Below are positions 24,921 through 37,392 of a stretch of DNA of 64,000 nt, one piece after another; the stretch's first letter is position 1, and the number at the start of each line of letters is the position of its first letter. Location of the stretch: positions 104,100,001-104,164,000 of the forward strand of contig NC_087436.1 of NCBI RefSeq assembly GCF_036321535.1, in the 5' to 3' direction. The notes under the pieces were generated by a model. The model was not told where the DNA came from. It ran no database searches and worked only from the letters and a program-made list of their open reading frames with translations. Position numbers and translations under genes: made by a program. Origin of the DNA: Camelus dromedarius. Lineage: Eukaryota.

Positions 24921-25058
24921 AAAACAAGCTCAGCTTATGGTTACCAAAGAGGAAGGGATAAATTAGAAGTTTGGGGTTAATAGATACTCGCTACTATATA
25001 TGAAATAGATAAACAGCAAGGACCTACTGTAAATTTAAACTGTATTTTTTTTTTTAAA
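24921..25058 (+). mobile_element. Short L1 3' UTR fragment with an internal deletion
   Basis: cttatggttaccaaagaggaagggataaattagaagtttgggg...atagataaacagcaaggacctactgta. Confidence 0.8.
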
Positions 25059-25177
25059 ACTTAAACTTAGGCATAAAGAACATGGACACATAGGAAGGAG
25101 AGAGGCCGGGGGCTTTCCTTTTTCTAGTCGCCTCTGGTCTCAGCACAGGGTGTAGGTGTACTTTGCTTTAGACAAAG

Positions 25178-25548
25178 CGTCATGAACCGGATATTTGTGT
25201 CCCCCCAAAATTCATATGTTGAAACCTAGCCCCAGTGAGATGGTAGTAGTTGATGGGTCCTTGGAAGGAACTTAGAGTTGGATGAGATCATTGGGGTGGG
25301 GCCCTCATGATGGGATTAACATCTTTATAAAAAAGAGGAGGAGACATGGGATCACTCTCTCCACCAGGTGAGGTTACAAGAAGAGGGCCATCTCCTTCTG
25401 CAAACCAGGAAGGGTCCTCTCACCAGACACGGGATCTGCCAAGAGACTTGATCTCAGACTTCCAGCCCTAGGAACAGTGAGAAATAAATGTTTGTCATTT
25501 AAGCCACCCACGTTGTTTTTGTTATATTGGCCTGAACTGACTAAGACA
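25178..25548 (+). mobile_element. MLT1A/MLT1A0 solo LTR with perfect 5-bp TSD
   Basis: tttgtgtccccccaaaattcatatgttgaaacc...gactaagaca. The TSD caaag occurs at 25173-25177 and 25549-25553. Confidence 0.92.
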
Positions 25549-25851
25549 CAAAGCAAATATTCTTATCCAGAAGAGTTGATGGGATATGCAGAGTAACCGA
25601 ATATTCTAGTTTTCTAAGAATTCTTGAACTCTTTGCATTCCTTTAGTGTTTCCTGGTCATTTTAACTTTTTTTTTTTAATCATCATGGCACACTCCGAAA
25701 TAGGCATTCTCAGTCCTTTTCTACAGATAGAAAACCAAGACCCTGAAAAGTGAAGTGACTTGTCCAAAGTCAGCCAATCCTTGCACTTCAGCCTCTTGAT
25801 TTAAGACCAGTGCCTTTCACAGGGCACCACAGGGACTCTCTGATTTGTCAG

Positions 25852-26275
25852 CGTATTGGTCAGGGTGCAGCAGGAAGCAGCACTCGCTCCAGATGGTTCA
25901 AATTGAGAGACTCTAATAAACGGGCTGGGTATGAGGTGTGGGCAGGGGGCCGGGAAAAAACACGGAGTGGGGTGCGTCCACCTCCTGCAAGAGTCGGAAG
26001 AGGATACTCCCCCTGTGAGCTGAAGGAGGAAGGGGAGGGTGCCGTGGCCCCCAGCTCTCCGAGCGTGGAAGCTGTGAGGAGAGTTGGGCTGCCTTGCAGG
26101 GGCTGACCTGGGGAGGGAGGCAGGCGGTGCCAGAGGGGGGCACTGAAGTGGGCGGAAGTGGGGAGGAGACACCCCAACTTCCTCCTCCTCTTGTTCTCCA
26201 GCCAGTCCCCAACACCGGCCATCCGGAGGGTCAGCCAGAATGAGGCCGTCCGCATGGGTGGCCGTGAACATTGAT
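25852..26275 (-). mobile_element. ERVL solo LTR (LTR33-like), GC/CpG-rich
   Basis: gtattggtcagggtgcagcaggaagcag...gagagactctaataaacggg...aggtgtgggcaggg matches the recalled antisense 3' end. Confidence 0.6.
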
Positions 26276-26318
26276 TGACCTTGTCTAGTCTTTCTTTACT
26301 GCGTAGTTCTATGTATAC

Positions 26319-26381
26319 AGATAGATAGATACACACACACACACACATATATTTATATATAATATATATATATATATATAT
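26319..26381. repeat. Compound (AGAT)n(AC)n(AT)n microsatellite
   Basis: Read directly. Confidence 0.95.
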
Positions 26382-27264
26382 TTGTGGATTCCAGAAAAAT
26401 GGAAATTTGCCTTATATAAAATTTTCAAATTATTAATTAAAAAACAAAAGAATGGTGATTCACTTTGGAAGGGGGTCTCTGTCCTGGAAATGATTCAGCG
26501 CAGGATTGCCTTATATAGCAAGCAGCCTGGCCTTTACAGTCTGGCTTTGCTGACAAAAAGCGGAGCAGCACAGAACCTTCCTGACTGGCCTTGCACGCTC
26601 TGTCAAGGATGGGCCCCGAGAGTGAGGAGGACGGCGTATGCCCCGGGAGGCTGGTACCCCCTGGAGTGCCCAGGTTAGCGCAGTGAGGAGCCGTTTCTTG
26701 GAATTCAGTGGGGCTCTTCAGTGGTAATTTTGCTGGCAGGCATTCCTAGTCTCTGAAGGTCTGAAAACCACAGTTCTCAGAACACTTAACAGGAAGCCTC
26801 ACCCACTAACAGAGGAAGCCAAGGAAGGAAGGAAAGATGGCAATGCTGGGGGAGGGTCAGCAGACGAGACAATAAGCAAAGTCACACGTACTGGGACGGT
26901 GTCTACGTGGTCAGAGGAAGCACCCCCATCCTTGCCTTCCTCACTGCCCCCCGCAAAAGCTCTCCTGGGTGCACTGCACGCTGCTGGCCTGCCTCATTCC
27001 TCAGGACATCCGTGCTCAGGGTTGTCTCTGTACCGCCTCCTCTCCGATTCCACTGCCCTGCTATCTTCGTCCTTGACAACTTTCAAAGTCCAAGTTCACC
27101 TCTTTTACAAGGAAGTCATTGTTGCCTTGTGTCCACACTGGCCGCCCACAAAGTGGTTTCGATTTCCTCATGATTCTCACCGTATTCCACCTTGTATTAG
27201 AGAAATTGTCTTACTCCCTTTCCAAAATTAAAAGCTTTTTCATTTACTACTCTTTCTTCCCCTA

Positions 27265-27770
27265 GTAATTCATCAAGTATTTTTTCCCAAAACCTACTCT
27301 GCATAGGTATGGGGCTAGGCTTGGGAATCTGAAGAGATGTCAGAGTTTCTGCATCCCGGAGCTTACAGTCTAGCGGGAGAGAGTAGACAATATCAGAACG
27401 GAGTGGTTTGGGTGCGAAGAAGAGGGTCATGTCACCCAGCGCGGGTGTGTGCTTCAGGAGGGTAGTCAGAGAAGGCTGCAACCTGGAAGCCAAGTGGGAG
27501 GTAGACTAATGAATGGTGGGGATGTTCCTGGCAGAAAGACCAGCATGGTACAGGGCCAGAGGCTTGAGATTGGAATATATTCCAAGAACTGCACATAATT
27601 GAGCACAGCTGGTATGCGGGAGTCAGGCAGGAGGGTGTGGTGGAGAGAGCACTGGGGAAAGGTGAAGCTGGGCAGTCAGCAGTGGCCAACTCTTGGAGGA
27701 TCTTATCAACCTCGCTATGGAATTTAGACAGTTTAACCATGGTAGCGGGTGAGTGACCTGGATAGATGAG
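27265..27770 (-). mobile_element. L2 3' fragment
   Basis: ggagcttacagtctagcgggagag...cagcatggtacagggccagaggc. Confidence 0.7.
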
Positions 27771-27810
27771 GCACTCAGTGCACTTAAGAGGTCAGCATCT
27801 GATTACCTGG

Positions 27811-28200
27811 TGTCCTAGGTTGAGTTCTCACAGAAGCAGATTCTGAGCCAAAGGTTCAAGTGCCGACAGGTTCACTGGGAGGTGATGCCAAGAAGGACTG
27901 TTAGGGAGTTGGGAAAGTGGGCTGGGAAAGGGAAGGCGGCCAACACAGGGAGCTCTGATGTGCAGTCGCTGCCCTGAGCAGCCTGGCTCAGACCCCTGGA
28001 AGAAATCGAAGGGCGAGGACTCTGGGGGACTTTCCACAGCCTCCCCCAGTCACTGCTTGAGGCTGCTCCCAAGGGCTGTGACACTGTGGCCCTGCTTGTG
28101 AGCACCTGCGGGACCTTGCACCTCAGGAAGCCCCCAGGCAGAACGGCAGAGAAGCAGCCATCAGATTGAGGATGAGAGGGCTCGGGCTGGCCCAAACATC
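27811..28200 (-). mobile_element. LTR16-family ERVL solo LTR
   Basis: tgtcctaggttgagttctcacagaagcagattctgagccaaaggttcaagtgc...tgggaggtgatgccaagaag. Confidence 0.75.
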
Positions 28201-29288
28201 TCACCCTCTGGTTATTCAGACAGAACGATTTGGAAAAACATAGTGAGTTTTGGAGTCAGGCAGGGAAGAGAAGGCATACCCATGGGGTACGTGAAGAGAA
28301 TGGATGGAGGGATGATGGAGGGAAGTGTGGGTGGGTGAAGAGGCTCCAAGGGAGGGGCTGGCGTTGGTGGGTAGCACGTCAGCACTCTGGGAACCTCAGG
28401 GAGACCCAGCCTCCCCAACCTTCGGGCGGGACAACTCTGAGGCCCGTGGACACTGTTTTCTGGAGGTCTGAGCCGAGCAGCTCATCAGTGCTTCCTGTAC
28501 CCACTTCTTCCCAATCCTGGCCCAACTCCCCACTTCCCTAAACTGTCCTTCTTTACCCAAGAACCTTCTCCATGGGAGACTGGGAGAGCAGGGTAAGTGG
28601 TTGCCCAAGAGGAGTGTGGTCTTAGGTAGAAAACTGCAGCCCTGCCCAGGAACAGCTAGACAGGAAGCTGAAGGCAGAAGCCCTGTGTCCTCTCTCTTTC
28701 TCAGTCCCCCAGCCAGGGCACAAGGAAACCCCAGTGATGCAATAAAAAAGTTTTCTGGGGGCACAGAGCTGGGAGAAGAGTGGCGGGCACAGCCAGAGTT
28801 CTGGGCAAAAGAAGAACATTTAGCACACGTGCCTCCCACCAGGACGTGGTGTGTCACCTACACTGCTCAGACTGGTGTCTATGCTGCTGGAAAACTCACC
28901 ATGTCATGACAGACACGGCTTTACCCAACAGCGTCTTATATTTGTGAGCTCCTTATAGTTACGATCACTTTACATTGACCCGAGGCTCCTTTTGCCTCAA
29001 CTGGGCACACTGGGCAGAGCAGGTGTCCATGCTCCCTACTGAGCCAGGAGTCCAGATTTTCTCTTTTGTTTCAAAGTCCAGCATTTGCTCCAGTACACTT
29101 TGTCTTCCCAGGAAATAAGGCTATTGGTGCTCAGCAATGACCACATTCTGAGTATTTACCAAACATCTTTGTAATTGTTTAGTGCTTGGAATCAGTAACC
29201 AAACTTCTTGACTCCTGGAGGTTTGTTTTAGCTTCTAGTATCTTAGTTCAATAATGACCTCACTCAAATTAGATGTGCCCAAAGGTAG

Positions 29289-29657
29289 TTCTATAGATGG
29301 AAAGTTTTCATCCCCACCCCCTGCCCAAATTTATGTGTTGAAATCCTAACCTCCAGGGGGATGATATTAGGAGGTGGGGCTTTGGGGAGTTTACTTCGTC
29401 ATGATGGCAGAACCGTTAGGATGCGGATTAGTGCCCTTATAAGGGTCTGAAGAGACTGGAGTTGTCCCTTCTACCCTGTGAGGACACAGTGAGATGATTG
29501 CTGTCTATGAACCTGGAAGCAGGCTCTCACTAGACACCCAACCTACCGCACCTCGATCTGGAACTTCCCAGCCTCCAGAACTGTGAGAAATAAATTTCTG
29601 TTGTTAGGAAGCCACTCTGTCTATGTACTCTTTTAGCGGCCAGAATGGGCTAAGACA
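29289..29657 (+). mobile_element. MLT1A-type solo LTR
   Basis: gttgaaatcctaacc...ggattagtgcccttataa...cagcctccagaactgtgagaaataaatttctgttg...ctaagaca. Confidence 0.9.
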
Positions 29658-29729
29658 GTGGGGGTATCGTGTCTCCTTAGCTGTGGAATTTCATGTAAAA
29701 TCTACTTAGGCAGAGGGAACTGACAGAAC

Positions 29730-29905
29730 TAAAATGCTGAGTGCCTCCTATGCGCCAGGCAGCTTGTAAATGCCATCACTTTACAGATGGAGAAACCAGG
29801 GTCCAGAGAGGCTGAGTAGCTTGCTCAAGGTTACATTTCTAGTGAAGGCAGAGCCAGGAATGGAATCTATGTCTAACTGACTCCAAATTCCACATTCTTC
29901 TATGC
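29730..29905 (-). mobile_element. MIR fragment
   Basis: ctttacagatggagaaaccagggtccagagaggctgagtagcttgctcaaggttaca. Confidence 0.75.
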
Positions 29906-30001
29906 TTCAATAAAGGTTTCCAGTGGATTATTGCTCAGAAAATTGATATTAGTTATTTTTAGGAACACAACACACAGGGTAAGATCTCAGAGGAATCATT
30001 T

Positions 30002-30095
30002 TTGGTAATTAGGTTTATTTATTTTTAGAGGAGGTACTAGGGATTGAACCCAGGACCCCGTGCATGCTAAGCATGCGCTCTATACCCTCCCCTCC
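30002..30095 (-). mobile_element. Vic-1-type SINE with A-box deletion
   Basis: B box and tail motif present. The TSD aggaatc(a/g)ttt occurs at 29991-30001 and 30096-30106. Confidence 0.88.
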
Positions 30096-30167
30096 AGGAA
30101 TCGTTTCTGGGTCCTTAATGATAGCATGCTATGCTTCTTGCAAAGATGTGTCCTTCAGCCATGCTAT

Positions 30168-30410
30168 CAGCAGTGGCTGGAGCCTGGGCTCTGGGGCCAG
30201 ACTGCCATCATCACCATCTGGCTTGTCACTTGTCCCTTGTTCACTGTGTAACTTTGGATAAATTATTCAACCTCCCCGTGCCTCAGTTTCCCCATCACCA
30301 ACGTTGGGTTAATAATAGTCCTTAGGGAATGTAATGAACATTAAATAAAACTCATGGTGTCTGGTGCAGAGTAAACACTCAGTGGAAACAACTGTGATTA
30401 TTTTTATTAG
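30168..30410 (+). mobile_element. MIR SINE
   Basis: gggctctggggccagactgcc...ctgtgtaactttggataaattattcaacctccccgtgcctcagtttcccc. Confidence 0.85.
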
Positions 30411-31196
30411 TCTCCATTGTTCCCTGATATATTCTGTAAATAGGTCTCAACTTAGGACCTGGCCTAGAGAATGCAGGGGTTGATCTTAAAAGGCCAAGAA
30501 TCCAAGATTCAGAAAGAGAAACTCACAGGGGCTGCATGCTCTTGTGTCCTGGGTGAACTGATAAAGTGCCCCGTGGATGGGAGAGAATAAACTCCCCCAG
30601 CAAGTGGCACATTGAAGGGTGGGCGGTTCTCATCAGAAACGTATTTTGGTCTTGGTTTTGCCAAGCCATTTTTATCTTTGCCAAATGAGCCCCTTGGGAA
30701 AATGAGGCAGCTCAGTATATATAAATAGCAAAGATTCGGGAGAGAAAATGAGAGGTTTCCCAGGAGAGGGCAGAGCAGTGGTGGCGGGAGCTCAGAGTCA
30801 CGCTCACTCAGTACCTGGCACTCGGGGGCACTCGCTCAGTGATGCGGAACCAATGGATGGATTTCAGCCACTTTCGTTGTGGAAGACCTTCCTCCTTCCT
30901 TGGACAGACATCACTGTCTTGATGGCAAATAGTGGCTTGGTTTACGTTGGGCTGACCTTGGCTGAGGCAGGGTGGTTCCTGGTCTCCCCATTTCTACGTC
31001 CAGAGTGGGAAGGACTCTGGCTCCCAGCTGTATCTCCCGAGGGGACCCTGTCTGCCAGCGCCCTGAAGAGCTCCCTGGAATGTTACAGGGAAAAGAGAAG
31101 AGAAGCCTTTGCTCCCGCGTGGGAGTCAGTGTATGGGGGACTCGGAGCAGGGTGACTTTGAATTCCTCTCTCTCTCAGTCGGCAGTTTCTGGCTGA

Positions 31197-31632
31197 TGTT
31201 TTAGTTTCCTAGGGCTGCCATCGCAAGAAGCCAGTTGGGTAGCTTACAACAACAGAAATTTCCCTCGCAGTTCTGGAGGACAGAAGTCTGAAGTCCAGGC
31301 ACCAGCGGGGCCAGGCTCCCTCTGAAGGCTCCGGGGGGTGACCCTGGCCTCATGCCGGCTTCTGGCTCTTTCCGACACCCTTTGGCATTCCTCACATCTG
31401 TCCAGTCTCTGCCTCTGCCATCCCATGGTTCTCCTCCCTCTGTGTCTGTGTCTGTGTCCGTACGTATCATGTGGCCTCTTAGAAGGACACCAGCCCTTGG
31501 ATTTAGGTTTGCCCTAATCCAGGATGACCTCACCTAGACTAACTGCATCTGCAGATTCTATTTCCAAATAAGGTCACATTCGGGGGCTCTGTGTGGACAT
31601 GAATTTTGGGGTACATTATTCATCTCAGTAGA
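31197..31632 (-). mobile_element. MLT1C-type solo LTR
   Basis: tgttttagtttcctagggctgcc...cagttctggaggacagaagtctgaa...ctatttccaaataaggtcacatt. Confidence 0.88.
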
Positions 31633-31759
31633 GGTGTCTTCTTTATGCCAGACACCCTGCCAGTTGGCCTGAATAGTAAGATGAGTAAGGCTCCCCGCAA
31701 TCTCACACTCCATGGAAGGTGCCGAAGTAAATTATTGTAATTCCACGAGACAAATATGA

Positions 31760-32600
31760 GCTAACACCTTACTTTTATTGAGCACTTACTAAGTGCCTGG
31801 CACTTGTTTAAACAATGTACATTTTCCATAGATGGATGCAAAGAGAAAATGTATGATATATATATTACTAAGGCATAAAATATATTTTATATATAATATA
31901 ATATATAAGTATATAAAACCATAAAGTATAATTTATTACATATATATTATTGAGCCATGAAAGAGAAGGAAATCTTACCATTTTCAATGCCATGGACAGA
32001 ACTTGAGGGCATTACACTAAGTGAAATAAATCAGAGAAAGAGAAACACTGTATGATCTTACTTGTATGTGGAATCTAAAAAACTGAATTCTTAAATACAG
32101 AGAACAGATTGGTGGTTGCCAGCAATGGTGGGTAGAGGGTGGAGGAAATGAGTGGAGGTGGTCCAAAGGTACAAAATTCCAGTTATAAGATAAAGAATTT
32201 CTGGGGACATAACGTATAGCGTGGGGACTATAGTTAACAATACCGTACTGTATACTTGAAAGTTGCTAAGACAGCACATTGTAAAAGCTCTCATCACAAG
32301 AAAAAAAATGTGACTATGTGAAGTGATGGATGTTAACCTATTGTGGTACACATTTTGCAATATATACATGTATCAAATCATTATATCGTACACCTTAAAT
32401 GAACATCACGTTCTATGTCAATTATATCTTAATAAAACAGGAAAAACATTTTTAATGTAAAAATTTTAAAATTTTACATTGAAACTCATAAGATCTTCCT
32501 AGCAACCCTAAGAATTACTGTTATTATCCCCATTTTGCAGGTGAGGAAACTGAGTTCTGGAAAAGCTGAGCAGCCTGCCAAATGTCACAGAGTTGGTCCC
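31760..32600 (-). mobile_element. MIR split by the L1 at 31829-32446
   Basis: Left part ttattgagcacttactaagtgcctggcac; right part ttatccccattttgcaggtgaggaaactgag. Confidence 0.7.
31829..32446 (+). mobile_element. L1MA9-type 3' end with an internal AT-rich expansion (31855-31950)
   Basis: gaacttgagggcattacactaagtgaaataa...tgtggaatctaaaaa...gtcaattatatcttaataaa. Confidence 0.9.
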
Positions 32601-33224
32601 TTTGGCTGTGGCAGTCAGAGCTTACCTCTCTGCAGAGACAGCCTGTAAGCAGAGACCTGGATGAGCAGCAGCTGCGGGAAGGCTGGGGGTGACGGGGGAG
32701 AGCACAGGTGTTCCAGGCTCCGCTGAGAGCCAGCACCAAGGCCCAGAGTCAGGCCCAGGCTTGGAGTGTTCGCGTGTGTGCAGGTGGGAGGGAGGGAGGC
32801 TGGGGCTGAAACCTAGTGTGAGGCAGCCCGGGGAGGTGAGAGATGGAGGAGCAGGAGGCCTGGGGGCCTGATTTAGTCTTTGTCAAGGCCTCTCTGCCTG
32901 TGCATGGGCGTCCACAGTGTTGCAAGAGGGGAAGCTGGGAGACAGAGGTCTGGAGGAAAGAAACGGTGTGACAAGTCTTGGGATATGGGGGGGAGGGGAC
33001 AGACAGCACAAGCTTGCATCCGGAGTGACTGTGACTGAGGCTGCAGGAAGGGAGGGGACAGGGCTGGAGTAGTGAGATGAGGAAGTACTCAGTTCAGTAC
33101 ATCTGCTAGGCATCCATGGGTCTCTGAAGCCGTGATGCTAAATCTGCATGAGGACCACGGGGTGAGAATCCTGCTGGCATCCACGGTAGGGGCCTGGGGC
33201 CACTTCTGCCTGAGGTCACGAGAC

Positions 33225-33345
33225 CCTGGTTTCCAAACCTGGTTGCCCAGTAGAAAATCCTGGAGAGCATGTTCAAGATACAGAGCCCTGGGCCTTTTCT
33301 CAGACTCACTGAATCTTCATCTAAGGGAGTCCAGGAACCTGTAGC
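33225..33345. mobile_element. MER5-family fragment
   Basis: tggtttccaaacctggttgc...cagactcactgaatc. Confidence 0.55.
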
Positions 33346-35200
33346 TTCTTTCCTAGGCTTCGTGTGGAGTTAAGTCCTCATAGCTTACTTTTATTAAGCC
33401 CCTCCTGTGTGCCAAGACTTTACATTCTCGCTTTTTTAATCTCATAAGAGGTCTATGAGACAGCTACTTTCCCCTCCATCTGTAACAGATGAAAGCACCA
33501 GGGCTGAGAACAGCTAAGTAATTCGCCTGGAGTCGCACAGCAAGTCCAATCAAGCATCTGTGGGATGAGGAGGTGGACCACGCGATCTCAAACTGTAAAT
33601 TGACTGCATGCATCTCCTGAATCTTCACACCCTCTTTCTTTCTTTCAGTCGGGGGTGTTTCTCTGTTGCCTGTGGCTGACTTCAGAAAAGCAATCTTCAG
33701 CTTCTCGTCCTGAGTCAAGGTTAGAAAGTTTCAGCGGTTTAGCTGAGCTCCTCTCTGAGTAAATATTTAAATTAGGTTTAAATTTTTCCTCTTCAACCTT
33801 TCTAAATAAAAATAAATCTTGCCCTCTGGACTGTGTCTGCCACTTCCCGTTTATTTAAGAGCTCCTTTTACTAGTGCGGTGCTAGCAAAGTGGGGCTGTT
33901 TGTGGTCGAGGAAGGGGACAAGGGGCCCCCACGCCTGGGGGCTGACCTCTTCTGCAGCTGCTCAGCCAAAGCCGGCCTCAGTCCTGCCTGGTCATTGTGG
34001 CCGATCGGAGCCCCAGCCCCAGGCAGTGGGATAGATTGCCTCCCTGCTCTTTGAGGTTGCTCTGATTTAGCTGAGGTCCGCCAACTCCCCGCAGGTGAAA
34101 GACTGGGGAGAGAGTCCCACCCCAGACGGACTCTCAGAGGCCAGGGTAAATGCCCACGATTGCTGTCAGAGATCACAAGTTGTAAACTTTATAATAACAC
34201 AGAAAAATGCATTTTCAAAAAAGGAGTTAGATCTCTGGGCCCTCAGAGACAAGTCCACTGAAAGAGTAGGTCCCATTGGATTCCATCTGAATTCATTTGA
34301 ATCCACTGAATTCCAGAAAATTCCATTTCCTAACTCACCTCCCTCCTTCCCTTTATTTATAATATAGCGGCAGTTTACTGAAGATATGCAAGCGGTAAAA
34401 TTTTCTGTCCAGAAGGACTTGCAAAATCAAAAAAGGAAAAAGAGACCTTTTCCTCTCCTCCTTTCCCCAAGCATCCTCTCTCTCCACTGTTCTGCCAGAA
34501 ACCCACCAGCTTGCCAAGAGCCACCCAGGAACAGATTTCCTCTCTAATCTGTTGCATCTGCTCACCCACTCCTACTCCTTGTTAATCCCTCCAAATGCCC
34601 TGTTTGCCACAAATGGGCTGGAGACAACTGGGAGCGGGACAATGGAGCTGGTTCACGCGGCTCCAGCCACAACCTCATTTGTTCTGTTTTTTTCGGAAGC
34701 GCAGAGAGGCAGCCACCTTCACCTCCACCTGGCAAAGTCGCACTGGATAATTCTGGGTAACTGGATAAGTCACAGGGCCAGTTCTAAACTCTCAGGCTGT
34801 GAAGCCCAGCCTTTGTCATTTGTATGTTTGCCTTCATCCATTTCATGCTAATAACTTGGTTATATTTATCTGGGAATGGTTCCCATTCAAGCCATGGGAA
34901 AGTCTGGAGGCTTGGGTGGTATTTATGGTTCAGTAATTGCCTTGCTGTGGGGCCCTGGCTCGGGAAGTAATCCTCTCTGAGCCTGCATGTCTCCATTTTG
35001 AAAACAGGGAAATCTTCCATGCAACAGCTATCGGTCGGGTGCACTGAAATCTGCTGATAAAAGATAAATTTACTTTAACAGATAAATCTTATGATTTATT
35101 TTCTTCATTTTCTTTCTTTTCTGTTTTGGTTGTTCTGTAGTGCCCCCGATGCACCGTTGGTATCCCAGGCAACCAGTATCAACAATTTAGAACATATATC

Positions 35201-35449
35201 TGTTACGGAGGGGATGTGCGTGTCCCTCCAAATCCACAAGTTGAAGTCCTAACTCCGATTGTGATGGTATTAGGTAGGAGGCGGAATCTTTGGGAGGTAA
35301 TTAGGATTAGATGAGGACACTTACCAAGAATCGAATCTTTCAACACCTTGATCTTGGATGTCAGACTGTAGGACTGTGAGAAGTAAGTGTCTGTTGATTA
35401 AGTTACCCATCTAGGTATTTTGTTATAGCAGCTGGAGCTGACTAAGACA
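35201..35449 (+). mobile_element. Internally deleted MLT1A-type solo LTR
   Basis: tgttacgg...gttgaagtcctaac...tttgggaggtaattaggattagatgagg...gctgactaagaca. The flanks atatc/ttatc match at 4/5. Confidence 0.88.
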
Positions 35450-35636
35450 TTATCCTCCCATTATTTCTTCTCCATATTCATACAATCATCTATAAACATC
35501 CATGTACAGTTATACAGATACATGTTTAAGTTGTTTATCATTATTTTATTATTTTTATATTTTTGTGTATCTTGATTTTTGTTTTCTCCAACACCTGATG
35601 GAATCTCTCTTAATTCACTTGGTTTAGCTCCAATTT

Positions 35637-35767
35637 ATTCTTTTTTGTTTGTTTTGGAGGGGAGGTAATTAGGTTTATTTTTTTTATCTTAATAGAGGTA
35701 CTGGGGATTGAACCCAGGACCTTGTGCTTTCTAAACATGTGCTCTACCACTGAGCTATACCCTCTCC
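35637..35767 (-). mobile_element. Vic-1-type SINE (long-tail form) with TSD
   Basis: The TSD gctccaattt occurs at 35627-35636 and 35768-35777. Confidence 0.93.
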
Positions 35768-36706
35768 GCTCCAATTTGCTCTTTTTAATGGCCACATATA
35801 ACTTTATGGGGTGGCAGAACTATCCTTTATTCAGCCATTCCCATGATCTTCACTTTGTTTCCAGGTTTGGGGTTTTTGTTTGTTTGATTTTACTACTGTT
35901 TATAATGCAGTCCACTTCCGTGTAAACACACCCTCGGGTTTGGAAGCTTTCGTTCCTAAGAGACAGATTCCTGGGAGTGAGATTTCTGAGTGAAAGATGT
36001 ATGTATTTGTAATCGTAACAGATGTTGCTGTATTGCTTTCCAACCAGGCATGTATGAAAATCCCCACTTCTTTAACAGTAAGGGTCGTCGGTCTCTAATT
36101 TTCCCATCTGATCTGTGCAAACTGATGTCTTATTGTGATTTTGTCTCCTTGATTTCACACGGATTTGAGCCTCTTTTCACATACTTATTGGCCACCTGGG
36201 ACTGCTTTTTTGTGAATTGCCTATTCATATCCCTTTCTCAGTTTTCTCTGCCTTCTGTTGTGATGTTTACCCCTGCCTTATATATTTGTTTTATAAGACT
36301 TTTTTTTTTTTTTGTATATTCTAGCTATTTACTCTCTGTCTGATCTTTGAGTGGCCAGTCCTCCCCAAATCCCCAATCTGCTCTTCATCTGTTCACTTAG
36401 TTTATGGTATCTTTTCCAAACGTTTCTCATTTTCATTTTCTCAAATACCTATGTGTCCTTTTATAGCTTCTGAGTTTCTGGTCTTAATGAAAAGGTCTTA
36501 TCACCCACCCTAGATTTTGCATGTGATGTTCTAGTATTATTGTTGTTTTAATTTTTTACATTTAGGTCTTTAACCCACCTAGAATTCATTTTTGCATATG
36601 GGGTAAAAGAGGGGTCCATTTAAATTTTCTTCTGGCTGCATAGTCAGTTGTTCTAGCATCCTTATTTAATACCTAATTTTTCCCACTGGATTGAAAAATC
36701 ACTTTT

Positions 36707-36916
36707 AAAAACATTTATTGAGATATAATTCACACACCACAAAATTCACCCATCATTAAGTGATTTTAGTAAGTTAATAGAGTTTAGCAATCATCACCAC
36801 AATCTGGCTAAAGATCATTTCCATCACCCCAAAAATTTTTCTTATGCCTGTTCATCCTCTAGCCTACACAACCACAGGTCTGCTTTCAATGTCTATAAAT
36901 TTGTCTTGTCTAGAGG
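36707..36916 (-). mobile_element. Short L1MB-type 3' end with 15-bp TSD
   Basis: tttattgagatataattcacacaccacaaaattcaccca. The TSD copies tgaaaaatcactttt (36692) and tgaaagctcactttt (36917) match at 13/15. Confidence 0.85.
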
Positions 36917-37054
36917 TGAAAGCTCACTTTTGTCTTAAATGAAACTAAAAGTATATGGTTAGTTCCATTCAGGACTCTCTATTTTGTTCCATTGATTCAT
37001 TTGTCTATCCTTCAACCCAGAGGAAATATGAGCAGACTATGAAAAATTTTTGAA

Positions 37055-37349
37055 AAGAAAATACAAATGTCTCTTAAAAGATGCTCAGTCTCACTCCTAA
37101 TAAGAAAAAAAAGTGCAAATATACTATGCTGAGATACTGTTTTTCACCTCTTAAACTGGCAGTAATCCAAATGTTTTATAACACCCCGTGTTGATGAGAC
37201 TCTGGGCAAACACATTCTCATTCATTTCTGGTAAGAGCATAACCCCTATGTAGGGCAATTTGGCAATATGTCAAATGCATATTCCCGGCAAGATTGTACT
37301 TTTGGGAAGTTATTCTACAGATATATTTTTATTAAGGAGAAAATGTGTG

Positions 37350-37392
<43 letters not shown>

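Noticed and set aside
30119..30169. 10-bp inverted repeat tgatagcatg/catgctatca
   Set aside because: Short enough to arise by chance in 64 kb, with no TSD or other MITE hallmark.
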